From Macrostomum lignano (lineage: Eukaryota), in assembly GCA_002269645.1 (NCBI GenBank), contig NIVC01000984.1, positions 433,202-497,201 of the forward strand: DNA of 64,000 bases, given 5' to 3'. Numbering within the stretch: the stretch's first letter is position 1; every line of letters begins with the position of its first letter. Position numbers and translations under genes: made by a program. Shown here one piece after another: positions 1 to 12,019 of this stretch. The notes below the pieces were generated by a model. That model had not been told where the DNA came from, ran no database searches, and was given only the letters and a program-made list of their open reading frames with translations.

Positions 1-1
1 G

Positions 2-109
2 CTAGCCAGTCTGTTTGTGTTGCTAAGCAACGCCTGGATTGCCTGGCGCCTGTTTGATGCCTACAGACGGCGAATGCAAGGTGACAGTGAGGCGAAAAAG
101 CGCGATTGA
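2..109 (+). CDS. 3' part of an unidentified membrane protein exon (LASLFVLLSNAWIAWRLFDAYRRRMQ|GDSEAKKRD*); runs off the window start
   Basis: Open frame 2-109 with a hydrophobic helix, basic stop-transfer RRR and TGA at 107-109; possible phase-1 donor caag|gtgaca after nt 80. Confidence 0.55.
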   Translation, partial: LASLFVLLSNAWIAWRLFDAYRRRMQGDSEAKKRD

Positions 110-400
110 TTTCGCTATAACGTTGTACTTTTAAATTAAAAAAGTGCATTTAATTGTCTTAAAAAGAAGCCAATTAACTGCTGAATTTATTGCTGCTAGA
201 AACTTATTGCTACAGTTACCTGTACCTGGAATTTGTACTTTTCTCAGTCTTGCTGTTTATAGTTTGTTATGAAATATAATTTTGTTGCCTAACTATATAT
301 TCATGCTAATCGGCATTATTATTTATTTGATAATTTCTAGTCATCATTTATTCTGGGAACTACCAACAGTGTGTTCCATAAATTTGTTAATGAGACTCTG

Positions 401-1715
401 GGCTGCTGGGGCTGTTGATGAGACTGTAGGATGCTGAGGCTGTTGATAATACTGTAGGATGCTGAGGCTGTTGATGAGACTGTAGGATGCTAGAATTGTT
501 GATGGGACTGTAGGATGCTGAGGCTGTTGATGAGGCTGTAGGATTCTGGGTTTGTTGCTGAGACTGGGATTTTAAGGGCTGTTGATATGATTTTTGGATG
601 CTGAGGCTGTTGATGAGACTGTAGGATGCTGGAGTTGTTGCTGAGACTGTAGGATGCTGGAATTGTTGAGACTGTAGGATGCTGGAATTGTTGATGAGAC
701 TGTAGGATGCTGGATATGTTGATGAGACTGTAGGATGCTGGAGTTGTTGAGACTGTAGGATGCTGGAATTGTTGATGAGACTGTAGGATGCTGGAGTTGT
801 TGATGGGACTGTAGGATGCTGGAGTTGTTGAGACTGTAGGATGCTGGAGTTGTTGAGACTGTAGGATGCTGGAGTTGTTGATGAGACTGTAGGATGCTGG
901 AATTGTTGAGACTGTAGGATGCTGGAATTGTTGATGAGACTGTAGGATGCTGGAGTTGTTGATGGGACTGTAGGATGCTGGATATGTTGATGAGACTGTA
1001 GGATGCTGGAGTTGTTGATGGGACTGTAGGATGCTGGAGTTGTTGATGAGACTGTAGGATGCTGGAGTTGTTGATGAGACTGTAGGATGCTGGAGTTGTT
1101 GATGAGACTGTAGGATGCTGGAGTTGTTGATGAGACTGTAGGATGCTGGAGTTGTTGATGAGACTGTAGGATGCTGGAGTTGTTGATGAGACTGTAGGAT
1201 GCTGGAGTTGTTGATGAGACTGTAGGATGCTGGAGTTGTTGATGGGACTGTAGGATGCTGGAATTGTTGATGAGACTGTAGGATGCTGGAGTTGTTGATG
1301 GGACTGTAGGATGCTGGAGTTGTTGATGAGACTGTAGGATGCTGGAGTTGTTGATGAGACTGTAGGATGCTGGAGTTGTTGATGAGACTGTAGGATGCTG
1401 GAGTTGTTGATGGGACTGTAGGATGCTGGAATTGTTGATGAGACTGTAGGATGCTGGAATTGTTGCTGAGACTGGGATTCTAAGGCTGTTGATATATTTT
1501 TGGATGCTGAGGCTGTTGATGGGACTGGACTGTAGGATGCTGGAATTGTTGATGAGGCTGTGGGATGCTGGGGCTGCTGATGAGGCTGTAGGATGCTGGC
1601 GCTGCTGATGAGGCTGTAGGATGCTGGGGCTGCTGATGAGGCTGTAGGATGCTGGGGCTGCTGATGAGGCTGTAGGATGCTGGGGCTGCTGATAAGGCTG
1701 TAGGATACTGTAAAG
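401..1715. repeat. 28-bp minisatellite (gttgttgatgagactgtaggatgctgga)n
   Basis: Tandem units with degenerate edges; probably intronic (81-1758). Confidence 0.95.
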
Positions 1716-1758
1716 TATGGTTGTGTTAGAAATTTTAAATTAACGAGTCGCCACCTAG

Positions 1759-2307
1759 ATTATTATGGCTATGGGTATGATGGATATCAGGATCTAAAAT
1801 GCTCAAGCTTATTCGCTTCCGGTCAAGGCCACGCGCGGCTCGGGACGCTCAGGCGGTGCTGTCAGTTTGCATCGGCCGGCAGCCGCCGCCGCTCCAGCTT
1901 CCTCAGAGAGGCCCAGTCGGACGGCCGCTGCCGCCTCATCTTCAGCTCCCGGATTTCCTGGTCGCGGCGTTCGTTTGGCGCCTACGGTGGCGCCGCGACA
2001 GGCGCCGGCGCCAACAGTCGGCGCTAGAACGACGACTCGGGCGTCGACAAACGCAACGACTTCTAGTGCTGGCGGCGCCGCGAAGTCGTCGAATCTGCGT
2101 CGATTGGCGCCCGGCGGCCCGTCGGCGGCGCCAGCCGCTTCGCTGTCTGTTCGACGCGCGCCTCCTGCGCGAACTTCGGGCGCTGGGCGCGGTGGCGCCG
2201 CTGCTGGCGGCGTTGCTGAGAAGCGCCGGCGCGAGGAGATGCGCGCGGCAAATGCGGCATTCTTAGACAGGCTGACTGCTAAACAGGGACAGCAGGAGGA
2301 TAATTAA
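1759..2307 (+). CDS. Putative terminal exon, Tyr/Gly then Ala/Ser/Arg/Pro low-complexity tail ending EKRRREEMRAANAAFLDRLTAKQGQQEDN*; needs one 1-nt frameshift at 1796-1799
   Basis: GC-rich island; acceptor cacctag|at at 1758/1759; frame 1 open 1798-2307 to TAA; phase matches the donor at 80. Confidence 0.45.
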
Positions 2308-3143
2308 TTAATAATGAGGAAATCCGGGACATTCCACATATTTCTAGCGCTAATAAAGCCAAATCTTAAAACTGCAGATTTTAGATTTCGTTCTGTTTTA
2401 TAGACGAGTTAAATCTCCACTTAAATAGGCGAGATATCTCCGTCCCAGCTATAATTTATTAGTTTATTTATTTGTTGCCTTAAAATTGAAACTAACTATT
2501 GCATTGTTCATGTTTGTTTGTTTGTTAATAGGAAATAAAAGTGCCTATTTTTATTATATGTTTTTTGTCAAACACTGGCTTTCAGTTTGACGAGAGCCTC
2601 TAAAAATTTATTGTCTCGATTCGTAAAACCCATGAGTTGAGCAGTGTTATTTTTATGATTTTTAGGCACGGGACTTGTATGTAGGATATGCTGCCTACTA
2701 TCAAAATCAATTGCAAATTTTGTGCTGAAAAATTGAAAACCTCCATTCTCCTTAATGTCTTTTTTCGGTTAAACCTGCCTCGTAGGAATTTCCAAGAAAT
2801 GTAAGTTATTAACGCTACATATCGGCTGACACTCTTTGGCAATCCAATGAGCATTTTAAGCCCTTCCAGGATTAATAAAGTCGTTATTGGGTCGGGGCAG
2901 TCACGTGACAAAATCGATCACATACCTACATACCTAGATAGATACCGACAGACCATTTTTAGTATATGGAAGTCAAGGTGCCGAGTGGGCTTGGTTTTCG
3001 ACTTTCGAAAACCGGTAAACTAAATATAAAAAGCATCAGTGTCTCCTCATTGATTTCCAGCTGTCAAACACTCTCACTGAGCCAACGGTTAAAGAGATTG
3101 AAAGAAAGACAATAGTTAGTGCTGCTTACAGTCGGCTCTCTTC

Positions 3144-4504
3144 ATGTTTCTCAGCGGCGGCACTGCCAGCGTCGCCGGCGGCGGCGTCGGCGGTTTCGGC
3201 GACCACGATCCGGCTGCTACGGCGGCGGCCGCGCAGCTGCACAGCGAAGACGATCTGGCTAGAGCGGCCGAGACCTATCAGGAGTATCTGACTCCGCACA
3301 ATGTGTCCATGTTTGTCATCATTAGAGAGTATCTGCAGCTGTGCCACACCACTAGCGGCTGCGCGCTGGACGGCTCGCAGCTGGCCTCCGTGTCGATGAT
3401 GTCAGACGGAGCGGGAGGCGCCGACACAAGCGGCCTTTCGGCGATGGGCCAGCAGCAGAAGCAGCAAGACTCCGGCTTAGCTCGAACGCCATTAGAGAAA
3501 TTCGAACTGTTTAACTTCATCCTGGATCAGCTGGATGCTGAGCAGCTGTTTCCTATGGAGGCGCTGATGTCGCGCGGTCGGGCTGTGATGAAGCCGACCC
3601 TGTGCAAGCAGGTGAGTCATCTATGATTGAATAAAGAAATAGTCTGTTGGGAATTAATTTATTCAAAGACAGTAATCGTTTTATTGGGCCTCTTATCCCT
3701 CTTAGCCTCTTATCTGGGCCAGCTTACACATTCTTCCTCGCTACTGAGCTGAAAGTAGAGAAATTGTCCAGTATGCAAATATGGCTATGTGACCAATCTA
3801 GTTATCATAGTATCCGTGGTTATCGATGATTTTCCGTTGGAAAAAGTTAGTTACGAGCTAGTTAGTCAGTTAGTTAATTAGTTGGTTAGTTAGTTAATAA
3901 GTTAATTAGTTAGTTAGTTGGTTAATTAATTAGTTATTTAATTAGTTAGTTAGTTAATTTGTTAGCTTGTTAGTTAGTTAGTCAGCTAGTTGGTTAGTTG
4001 GCTAGTTGGTTAGTTGGCTAGTTGGTTAGTTGGCTTGTTGGTTAGTTGGTTAGTTAGTTGGCTAGTTAGTTAGTTAGTTAGTTAATTAGTTGGTTAGTTA
4101 GTTAGTTAGTTGGCTAGTTAGTTAGTTAGTTAGTTGGCTAGTTAGTTAGTTAGTTAGTCAGTTAGTTAGTTAGTTAGTTAGTTGGCTAGTTAGTTAGTTA
4201 GTTAGTCAGTTAGTTAATTAGTTGGTTAGTTAGTTAGTAAGTTAGTTAGTTAGCTAGTTAGTTAGTTGGCTAGTTGGTTAGTTAGTTAGTCAGTTAGTTA
4301 ATTAGTTGGTTAGTTAGTTAGTTAGTTGGCTAGTTAGTTAGTTAGTTAGTCAGTTGGTTAGTCAGTTAGTTAATTAGTTGGTTAGTTAGTTAGTTAGTTG
4401 GCTAGTTAGTTAGTTAGTTAGTCAGTTGGTTAGTCAGTTAGTTAATTAGTTGGCTAGTTAGTTAGTTAGTTAGTCAGTTGGTTAGTCAGTTAGTTAATTA
4501 GTTG

Positions 4505-4547
<43 letters not shown>

Positions 4548-4578
4548 GGCTAGTTAGTTAGTTAGTTAGTTAGTTGGC

Positions 4579-4612
<34 letters not shown>

Positions 4613-4645
4613 ATTAGTTAGTTGGTTAATTAATTAGTTCTTTAA

Positions 4646-4681
<36 letters not shown>

Positions 4682-7600
4682 CTAGTTAGTTAGTCAGCTA
4701 GTTAGTTGGCTAATTAGTCAGTTACTTACCTAACTAGTTATATGTTGCAGTAGTTAGCTAGTACTATAGCTCGCAAAGTGGGTCGGGAAAGCTGTCAGTT
4801 CTCTTGTCTGCTGTCTATCAGCTTGATATTCCAACTGTAACCAAATCCACCAGGTGGACAGACGCATCCGCCAATTCTTCATGAAGCAGCCGGCCAAAGA
4901 GACGCGCAGCCCGTTCCACATGCTGGAGACCTACCTGTCTTCTCAGGCGCTTAATTCGCTTTACCGAGACGAAGTCCGCGGCGGCGGCAACGGCGGTCCC
5001 GGCCTGTCGCCCAGCAGCGTGTGCGGTGCTTTCATGCGCAAAGTTGTGTACGCGTTCCAGTCTAGGACATTTGCCCAGGCCTATAACTTTGTTGGCCGAC
5101 TGCGGATGTACTATTACGGCAGCGTGGACGCTAACGACACTTTCCCGGGGCCGGACGACCTCCGAAGGAGGCAGAATGAGGAGGTGGTGCGTGCCGAAAT
5201 AGAAAAGGGGTTGACAGATTTAGGGTAGGGCTATGGGGCGGGTTTAGGGTAGGGTTTTGGGGCGGGTTTAGGGTAGGGTTATGGGGCGGGTTTAGGGTAG
5301 GGTTATGGGAGGGGTTTAAGGTAGGGTTATGGGGCGGGTTTAGGGTAGGGTTTTGGGGCGGGTTTAGGGTAGGGTTATGGGGCGGGTTTAGGGTAGGGTT
5401 ATGGGAGGGGTTTAAGGTAGGGCTATGGGGCGGGTTTAGCGTAGGGCTATGGGGCGGGTTTAGGGTAGGGTTATGGGGCGGGTTTAGGGTAGGGTTATGG
5501 GGCGGGTTTAGGGTAGGGTTATGGGGCGGGTTTAGGGTAGGGCTATGGGGCGGGTTTAGCGTAGGGCTATGGGGCGGGTTTAGGGTAGGGTTATGGGGCG
5601 GGTTTAGGGTAGGGTTATGGGGCGGGTTTAGGGTAGGGTTATGGGGCGGGTTTAGGGTAGGGCTATGGGGCGGGTTTAACCAACCAGGGGAACCAAAGAA
5701 CTGAATTAGATTAATAGGAATTGGGAAAATTCAGAAAGGTAGACAAAGAATAGCAGACATGCATTTACCTATGACTCTGCTGGGCAGCCAAGAGTGCAGC
5801 ACTGTAAAACCATCCCCACGCCAGGAGCTGCACACGCACGGCCTGCTGGACACGAATCGGTTCCTGCCTGAGGACGAGCCTGACGCCTGGCAACTGGACA
5901 GGCGTCGAGCTGAGGCTCTGGTTGCTGATCAGGCCTTCCTACTTGAGCACAATCCATCTGAAGCGGCCGATCCTAACGAATTGGAGGAGCGGCTAAGCCG
6001 GCTGTGCAGCCTGCACCCGGGCCTGGACTCGCTGCTGTTCCTGCGCTATCTCAATTCTGTCCGCCGGCGCGATCGGACCGGCGCTGAGCGCCATCTGCGC
6101 GCCTATTTCGATTTGCGCGGCGAACGCAGCGATGGCGGTTTAGGCAACGCCTACGACGTGATGGCGCTGGCGTCTATGATGCACTATTTCGGTTTCAGAG
6201 ACGAGGCCCAGATGCCGCTTAAGGAAGCCCTGCTGCACTGCTTGGCCAGGGGCGAGGCCGGTCCCGATAGGGTGAGTAGCGTGGCTTTCCTGCAAATGTT
6301 CCCGATTATACTCAAGAAGCCTGGGAAATCCCGATTTCAGTTAGAAACATCTGAGGAATCCCGATTTTGATTAGGGACATCTGGGGAATTTCGACTTTGA
6401 TTAGGGACATCTGGGGAATCCCGATTTTGATTAGGGACATCTGGGGAATTTCGACTTTGATTAGGGACATCTGGGGAATTTCGACTTTGATTAGGGACAT
6501 CTGGGGAATTTCGACTTTGATTAGGGACATCTGGGGAATCCCGATTTTGATTAGGGACATCTGGGGAATTTCGACTTTGATTAGGGACATCTGGGGAATT
6601 TCGACTTTGATTAGGGACATCTGGGGAATCCCGATTTTGATTAGGGACATCTGGGGAATTTCGACTTTGATTAGGGACATCTGGGGAATTTCGACTTTGA
6701 TTAGGGACATCTGGGGAATTTCGACTTTGATTAGTGACATCTGGGAAATCCCAATTTCGATAAGTTACATCTGGGAAATCCTGATTTCAATTGAGGACAT
6801 CTAAAAAATCCCGATTTCAATTAGGGAAATCTGAGGAATCCCGATTTTGATTAGGGACATCTGGGGAATCCCGATTTTGATTATGGACATCTGGGAAATC
6901 CCAATTTCGATAAGTTACATCTGGGAAATCTCGATTTTGATTCAGGACATCTGGGAAATCCCGATTTTGATTAGGGATGCCTGGGAAATCCCAATTTTGA
7001 TAAAGTACATCTGGGAAATCCCGATTTCGATTGGGGACATATGGGAAATCCCGGTTTCGATTAGGGACATCTGGGAAATCCATATTTTATTGGGATGTCT
7101 GGGTAATCCCTTTTTTGATTAGGGACATCTGAGAAATCCCGATTTCGATTGAGGATGTCTGGGAAATCCCGATTAGAGACATCTGGAAAATCCCGATTTA
7201 GAAACACTGAATAATTCCCCGTCCGCCCGCAGGCCAGATCCCCGGCCGAGCTGGCTCTGTCGCAGATGCGTTCGGACGCTCGCCGTTTGCTGTCCTGCCC
7301 AGTTCCGCTGCGCGGCGTCCTCGCCCGCATCCTGCTGGACAAGGCCGGGGCTGCCGGCAAGCCTAAACTGATTGTTGCATCCACTGTGCAGCAGGTGCTG
7401 TCGGCCTGTCACCTGTTCGGGTTGCACAGCGTGTCCAGCGTGCTGGCCCAGGTGCTGCTGCTAACTGACCTGTCCGAGAGAGGCATTCCACTGCTCAATG
7501 AGTCCGTGGCTGTGGCAGCTGCTCAACTGGCTGTCCAACTGGGCGAACAGGTGAGTGACTGAAGTAGGTAGAGGGTAGCAACGGGGATGGATGAAGGGTA

Positions 7601-9334
7601 GCAACGGGGATGGATGAAGGGTAGCAACGGAGGGTGGATGGAGGGTAGCAACGGAGGGTGGATGGAGGGTAGCAACGGGGATGGATGAAGGGTAGCAACG
7701 GGGATGGATGAAGGGTAGCAACGGGGATGGATGGAGGGTAGCAACGGAGGGTGGATGGAGGGTAGCAACGGAGGGTGGATGGAGAGTAGCAACGGAGGGT
7801 GGATGGAGGGTAGCAACGGAGGGTGGATGGAGGGTAGCAATGATGGGTGGATAGATGGAGGGTGGATAGATGGAGGGTAGCAAATGGAGGGTGGATAGAT
7901 GGAGGGTAGCAAATGGAGGGTGAATAGATGGAGGATAGCAAAGGAGGGTGGATAGATGGAGGGTAGCAAAGGAGGGTGGATAGATGGAGGGTAGCAAATG
8001 GAGGGTGGATAGATGGAGGGTAGCAAATGGAGGGTGAATAGATGGAGGATAGCAAAGGAGGGTGGATAGATGGAGGGTAGCAACGGAGGGTGGATAGATG
8101 GAGGATAGCAAAGGAGGGTGGATAGATGGAGGATAGCAAAGGAGGGTGAATAGATGGAGGATAGCAAAGGAGGGTGGATAGATGGAGGATAGCAAAGGAG
8201 GGTGGATAGATGGAGGGTAGCAAAGGAGGGTGGATAGATGGAGGATAGCAAAGGAGGGTGGATAGATGGAGGATAGCAAAGGAGGGTGGATAGATGGAGG
8301 ATAGCAAAGGAGGGTGGATAGATGGAGGATAGCAAAGGAGGGTGGATAGATGGAGGATAGCAAAGGAGGGAGGATAGCAAAGGAGGGTGGATAGATGGAG
8401 GGTAGCAACGGAGGGTGGATAGATGGAGGGTAGCAACGGAGGGTGGATAGATGGAGGGTAGCAGAAGTCACCTGACTCCATGATCAAGCGTTCCTGATCA
8501 CACTTCCGCTGTCAGGGCGCCTCAGACCTGGCCAGCGACCTGCTGGATAGCCTGCAGCGCAATCTGCGCGAGCTGCGCTCCCCGCTAACCCAGGCGCTGG
8601 ACACGGCCAGACGGGAGCTGCAGTTCCAGCGTGCCCTATTCAGCTCTGATCACGCCCGCGCCGCCTCCTTGGCCGCCGCCGCCGATGCCCAACAGCTTGG
8701 CGACGGTGGCGACGCCTGCGTAGCGGCCGACTCGCTGCTGAAGCGGGCTGTCGCCCAGCTCGGCCTGGCTAACCTGCACACCGCTCACAGCCTGTGCGGC
8801 CAGGCCCTGGCCCTGCTCAGCTCCGACAAAGGCACCCCGGCTGCCGCTCTGGCCGTCAGGGCGCGCCTGCTGCTGTGCGAAGCGGCGCTTATTGGCCGGT
8901 GTCCGAGCCTGATCTACTCAGAGCTGGCTCAGTGCCGCCAGCTGATTGGCGACCGCCTGTTCAACTTGGACCCGCTGATTCGCCTGTACCAGGCTGCCGC
9001 TCTGCACGCCTCCGGCCGGCCGGCCGACGCCCTAGCCGAACTGGCGCCCGGCCGATGCTACCTGATGTCGCAGGCGTCGCTGTGCCTGCGCGCCCGACTG
9101 CTGCTGCTGGAAGCCCAGGCCCTGTCGGCTCTGGACCGGCTCCGGCCTGCTGTGCGCCGGCTTCTGGCCGCTAGGCGAGGCTTCCGCGCGATTGGCTGCG
9201 TAGGCCGTCAGCGGCTCTGCTGTCTGCTGCTGGCGCACCTGTACCACCGGCTGGGGCTGGCCAGCCTGCGCAATCGGGCCGCTTCGGAGTTTGGCCGCCT
9301 GCCGGCTGTGCCCGATCCTGTTAGCGTGCTGTGA
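3144..9334 (+). CDS. ANAPC5: Anaphase-promoting complex subunit 5, ~793 aa; exons 3144-3611, 4854-5183 (or 5186), 5825-6271, 7233-7550, 8516-9334
   Basis: Recognisable Apc5 segments: LTPHNVSMFVIIREY, SSVCGAFMRKVVYAFQSRTF, AEALVADQAFLL..FLRYLNSVRRRD..YFD, ALASMMHYFG..EA, LQFQRAL; GT-AG sites and phase-0 joins keep the frame. Confidence 0.9.
3841..4745. repeat. (TTAG)n tetranucleotide array in ANAPC5 intron 1
   Basis: ttag/tagt repeats with ttgg, ctag and tcag variants. Confidence 0.95.
5221..5678. repeat. 24-bp G-rich minisatellite (gggtttagggtagggttatggggc)n in ANAPC5 intron 2
   Basis: About 19 units, each with four G3-4 tracts. Confidence 0.95.
6311..7200. repeat. 30-bp minisatellite (ttgattagggacatctggggaatttcgact)n in ANAPC5 intron 3
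   Basis: Tandem units; source of the LIRDIWGIST pseudo-ORFs. Confidence 0.95.
7561..8465. repeat. 24/28-bp purine-rich minisatellite (gagggtggatagatggagggtagcaacg)n in ANAPC5 intron 4
   Basis: Tandem units between exons 4 and 5. Confidence 0.95.
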
Positions 9335-10038
9335 CCCGCTGCTGCTAGTATTCCTACTATATAGTAGTCACTACTGCATTTCTCTGTGTGTATCTCAGTC
9401 AGCCAAATTGCATTATTTAGTGGAGGTCAAATCCAGGGTTTTAGCACCATAGACCATTGACCGTGAATTGGCTTCCACTATGGTGTTTACGAGCTATGCT
9501 ACAGCTACAGCTTCTGCAGCAACAGCTGATGTCTGTGACCCAAACCCCGAGGTTTACTGGGCCTCAGAGACTCAGATATTAGAATCTGTGGTTTATGCTG
9601 TGAGCATTCAGGCTCAGATTAAGTTGAGAAATGTGCCACTTTAATGTGAGCATTTTTATATCTGATACTTATTAAAGCATTTGCTCTGTTCTGTATGAAA
9701 TATACGCTAAGCATGACTTGCCGAGCAAATATTTGCGTAGCTATTTTGACTAAAAAAGTGAGTTCTTGGTTGAGTATACAAAATTTGTTGCTACAAGTAT
9801 GATGCGTTCCAGCAGGCATAGCGAAAGCTACATGTATAGCTTCATGTAAATTTGCAATGGTATCAAATAGTAAATAAAGGCCGCGCCATTGTACAACTTT
9901 AATCGCTCGAACGGAACAAAGACAGTAATTTTAGTCGTAGTTTATATTTGTATGTATAGTAGTACAATATAAGTAACACAATTTCTGCGATGAATTTATT
10001 AACATATGATAGACCAGGTATGATAGAATGTCCACAAT

Positions 10039-10372
10039 CAGGAGCGTCGCCATTTATTTTATGGTGGGGGCCGGGGGACAAAGCCAAGAATTCTTTATGT
10101 ACTTGTACATGACTAAATTCCTACATGTACACTATTGGAGGAATCAGTGTTGTCAGCGCTCATTTTAGCGCCCCAGGCACTCATTTTGGCGCCGCAGGCA
10201 CTCATTTTGGTGCCGCAGGCACTATGTTTTGTCTCCCTAAAGCAAAATTATTGATTTCCATAACAGGTCAACAAAGGTGGGTACGTGGTGGACAAAGAAT
10301 TGGCATGTCCCCCCCATAACTTTTACTGGGGGGACATGTCCCCCCTGTCCCCCCCCGGTGGCGACGCCCCTG
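10039..10372. mobile_element. hAT-type MITE, copy 1 (334 bp)
   Basis: TIRs caggagcgtcgcca / tggcgacgcccctg; 8-bp flanks tccacaat (10031-10038) and ttcacaat (10373-10380), 7/8 match; subterminal palindrome ggggggacatgtcccccc; homologous to 22482-23412. Confidence 0.8.
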
Positions 10373-10446
10373 TTCACAATAAGAGCACATAGAGTGTAAT
10401 TAAGTCACGGTCTCTACCATTGATTCATTGGCTAGTGTCACTGGAG

Positions 10447-11103
10447 TCACTGGCAGCAGGACAGAGCACCTTGAATCTTCTGTCCAAGTCGGACAGTGGA
10501 CGGCACCCCCACTGGCCGGGTGGCCGGACCGGGCAGCTTGGGCGCTGCCCCGGCGCCTCGGTTCAGAGGCAGCAGCTCCTGCCTCTTGGCCATGCCCAGC
10601 AGGACCTCCGCAATGCCAAGGAACATGTCCTGCACGTGTTCACCCGTGCGAGCCGACGTCTCGAAGAAGATCAGGCCGCGTCTGTTGGCAAATTCCTCAG
10701 CCTGCTGACGGGGTACCTGGCGCCGAGCCTCGGGCAGGTCGTTCTTGTTGCCAACCAGGTACTTTGGCGCCCCTGTGCAGCCGTACAGCTCGAATTCGGC
10801 TAGCCAGTCTGCCACCCGCTCAAAGCTGGTGTAGTCGGTGACGTCATAGACCACACAGAGCGCGCTCGCATTTCGGTAATACTGTCTGGTTAGCGCCTGG
10901 AAGCGCTCCTGACCAGCCGAGTCCCAGATCTGTAGCTTCACCTGCTGACCATCGATGTTCACCTGCTTGATGCGGAAGTCCACGCCGATTGTCGGTATGC
11001 CCACGGTCAGGAATTCGTCGTCCATGAATCGATGAAGCAGGCTGGTCTTACCTACTGAACTGCATCCAGTGAGCACCAGCTTAAACAGATAGTCGTAGTC
11101 CAT
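10447..11103 (-). CDS. Intronless Rab-family small GTPase, 218 aa (Rab1/19/30/43-like, divergent)
   Basis: MDYDYLFKLV start; GCSSVGKT, PTIGVDF, KLQIWDSAGQERF, YYRNA, GNKND, ETSAR; C-terminal CCQ prenylation motif. Confidence 0.9.
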   Translation of the reverse strand: MDYDYLFKLVLTGCSSVGKTSLLHRFMDDEFLTVGIPTIGVDFRIKQVNIDGQQVKLQIWDSAGQERFQALTRQYYRNASALCVVYDVTDYTSFERVADWLAEFELYGCTGAPKYLVGNKNDLPEARRQVPRQQAEEFANRRGLIFFETSARTGEHVQDMFLGIAEVLLGMAKRQELLPLNRGAGAAPKLPGPATRPVGVPSTVRLGQKIQGALSCCQ

Positions 11104-12019
11104 GAACTCTGCTGTAATTGCTCCTACTCTCGTTAAAGCGATTGTTGATTTCTGCGTAGCAGATATTGCCTGCGTATGCCTTCTTGGTGTGCGCGCTGGC
11201 TGTAAATCCAGCTTAAATACTGTTTCTTGTTTGGATTCTGCCACGCTGGCAGAGGTTGAAAAGCAGTCATGGAGCCCCCAGGCCGCCCAACTGCGGAGAG
11301 GGATTTCCTCTCTTGTGTCTATTTTTAGAACCTGACTGAATCTGTCTGTACATTGATGGGTGAATGGTCGCACTGGCCCGGATCTATTTTTAGCTCTCGG
11401 TGTGCAAATCGGGCCTTCTGTGACTCACGCGCTGACGCGTCTCTGCGCAATAGCATTAAACTAAATGGTCGACGTAGTCTTATTTATCCTTTGTGCATAA
11501 ATTGTTGTAGATTAACACAGGCTTATATTCAAGCCAGATTAAGGCGAACGTGTTTATATTGTTAGCATTATAGTATATCACTAGTTTTTATACATTTATA
11601 AAATGGCACCAGAGCAGCACCTTACTGAACAAGAGATAATGTTCAATACGGTATTTGATCACTTGAGGACTATCAAGCATGGGGATTGGATTACTTACTC
11701 GTATGTTTTCTAACTAAATAATGCTGTCTAGTGTACGAGAGACTCGTTCACACCGCAATTGAGTAAGACCAATTTTACATACATGTACTTTTTCGTCGCT
11801 TTGCACTGCTACAAAATTCCATGACTCAATTCACGAAGGGTGTGGAAGAGCCTTCAGCGTTAAAAATCCACGACTGGAATAGAATATGAGGTGTTCATCT
11901 ATCAATAAACATTACAAAGTAACTAAATGAGAGGTTTCCCTGGCACTAACTAAATGTAAATTGTGCTTATCATATTCCACATTCGATAATAATTGTCTGA
12001 ACTACTACATTGCAGTATT

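Noticed and set aside
2900-2909. GTCACGTGAC palindrome (E-box/CLEAR) upstream of ANAPC5
   Set aside because: A single short motif with no supporting evidence.
3841-5678. Interstitial telomere
   Set aside because: (TTAG)n is neither TTAGG nor TTAGGG; TTTAGGG is only part of a 24-bp unit; both arrays are intronic.
11104-11373. 90-aa N-terminal extension of the Rab in the ORF track
   Set aside because: No protein-like character; MDYDYLFK is a typical Rab start and acceptor-like AGs precede it.
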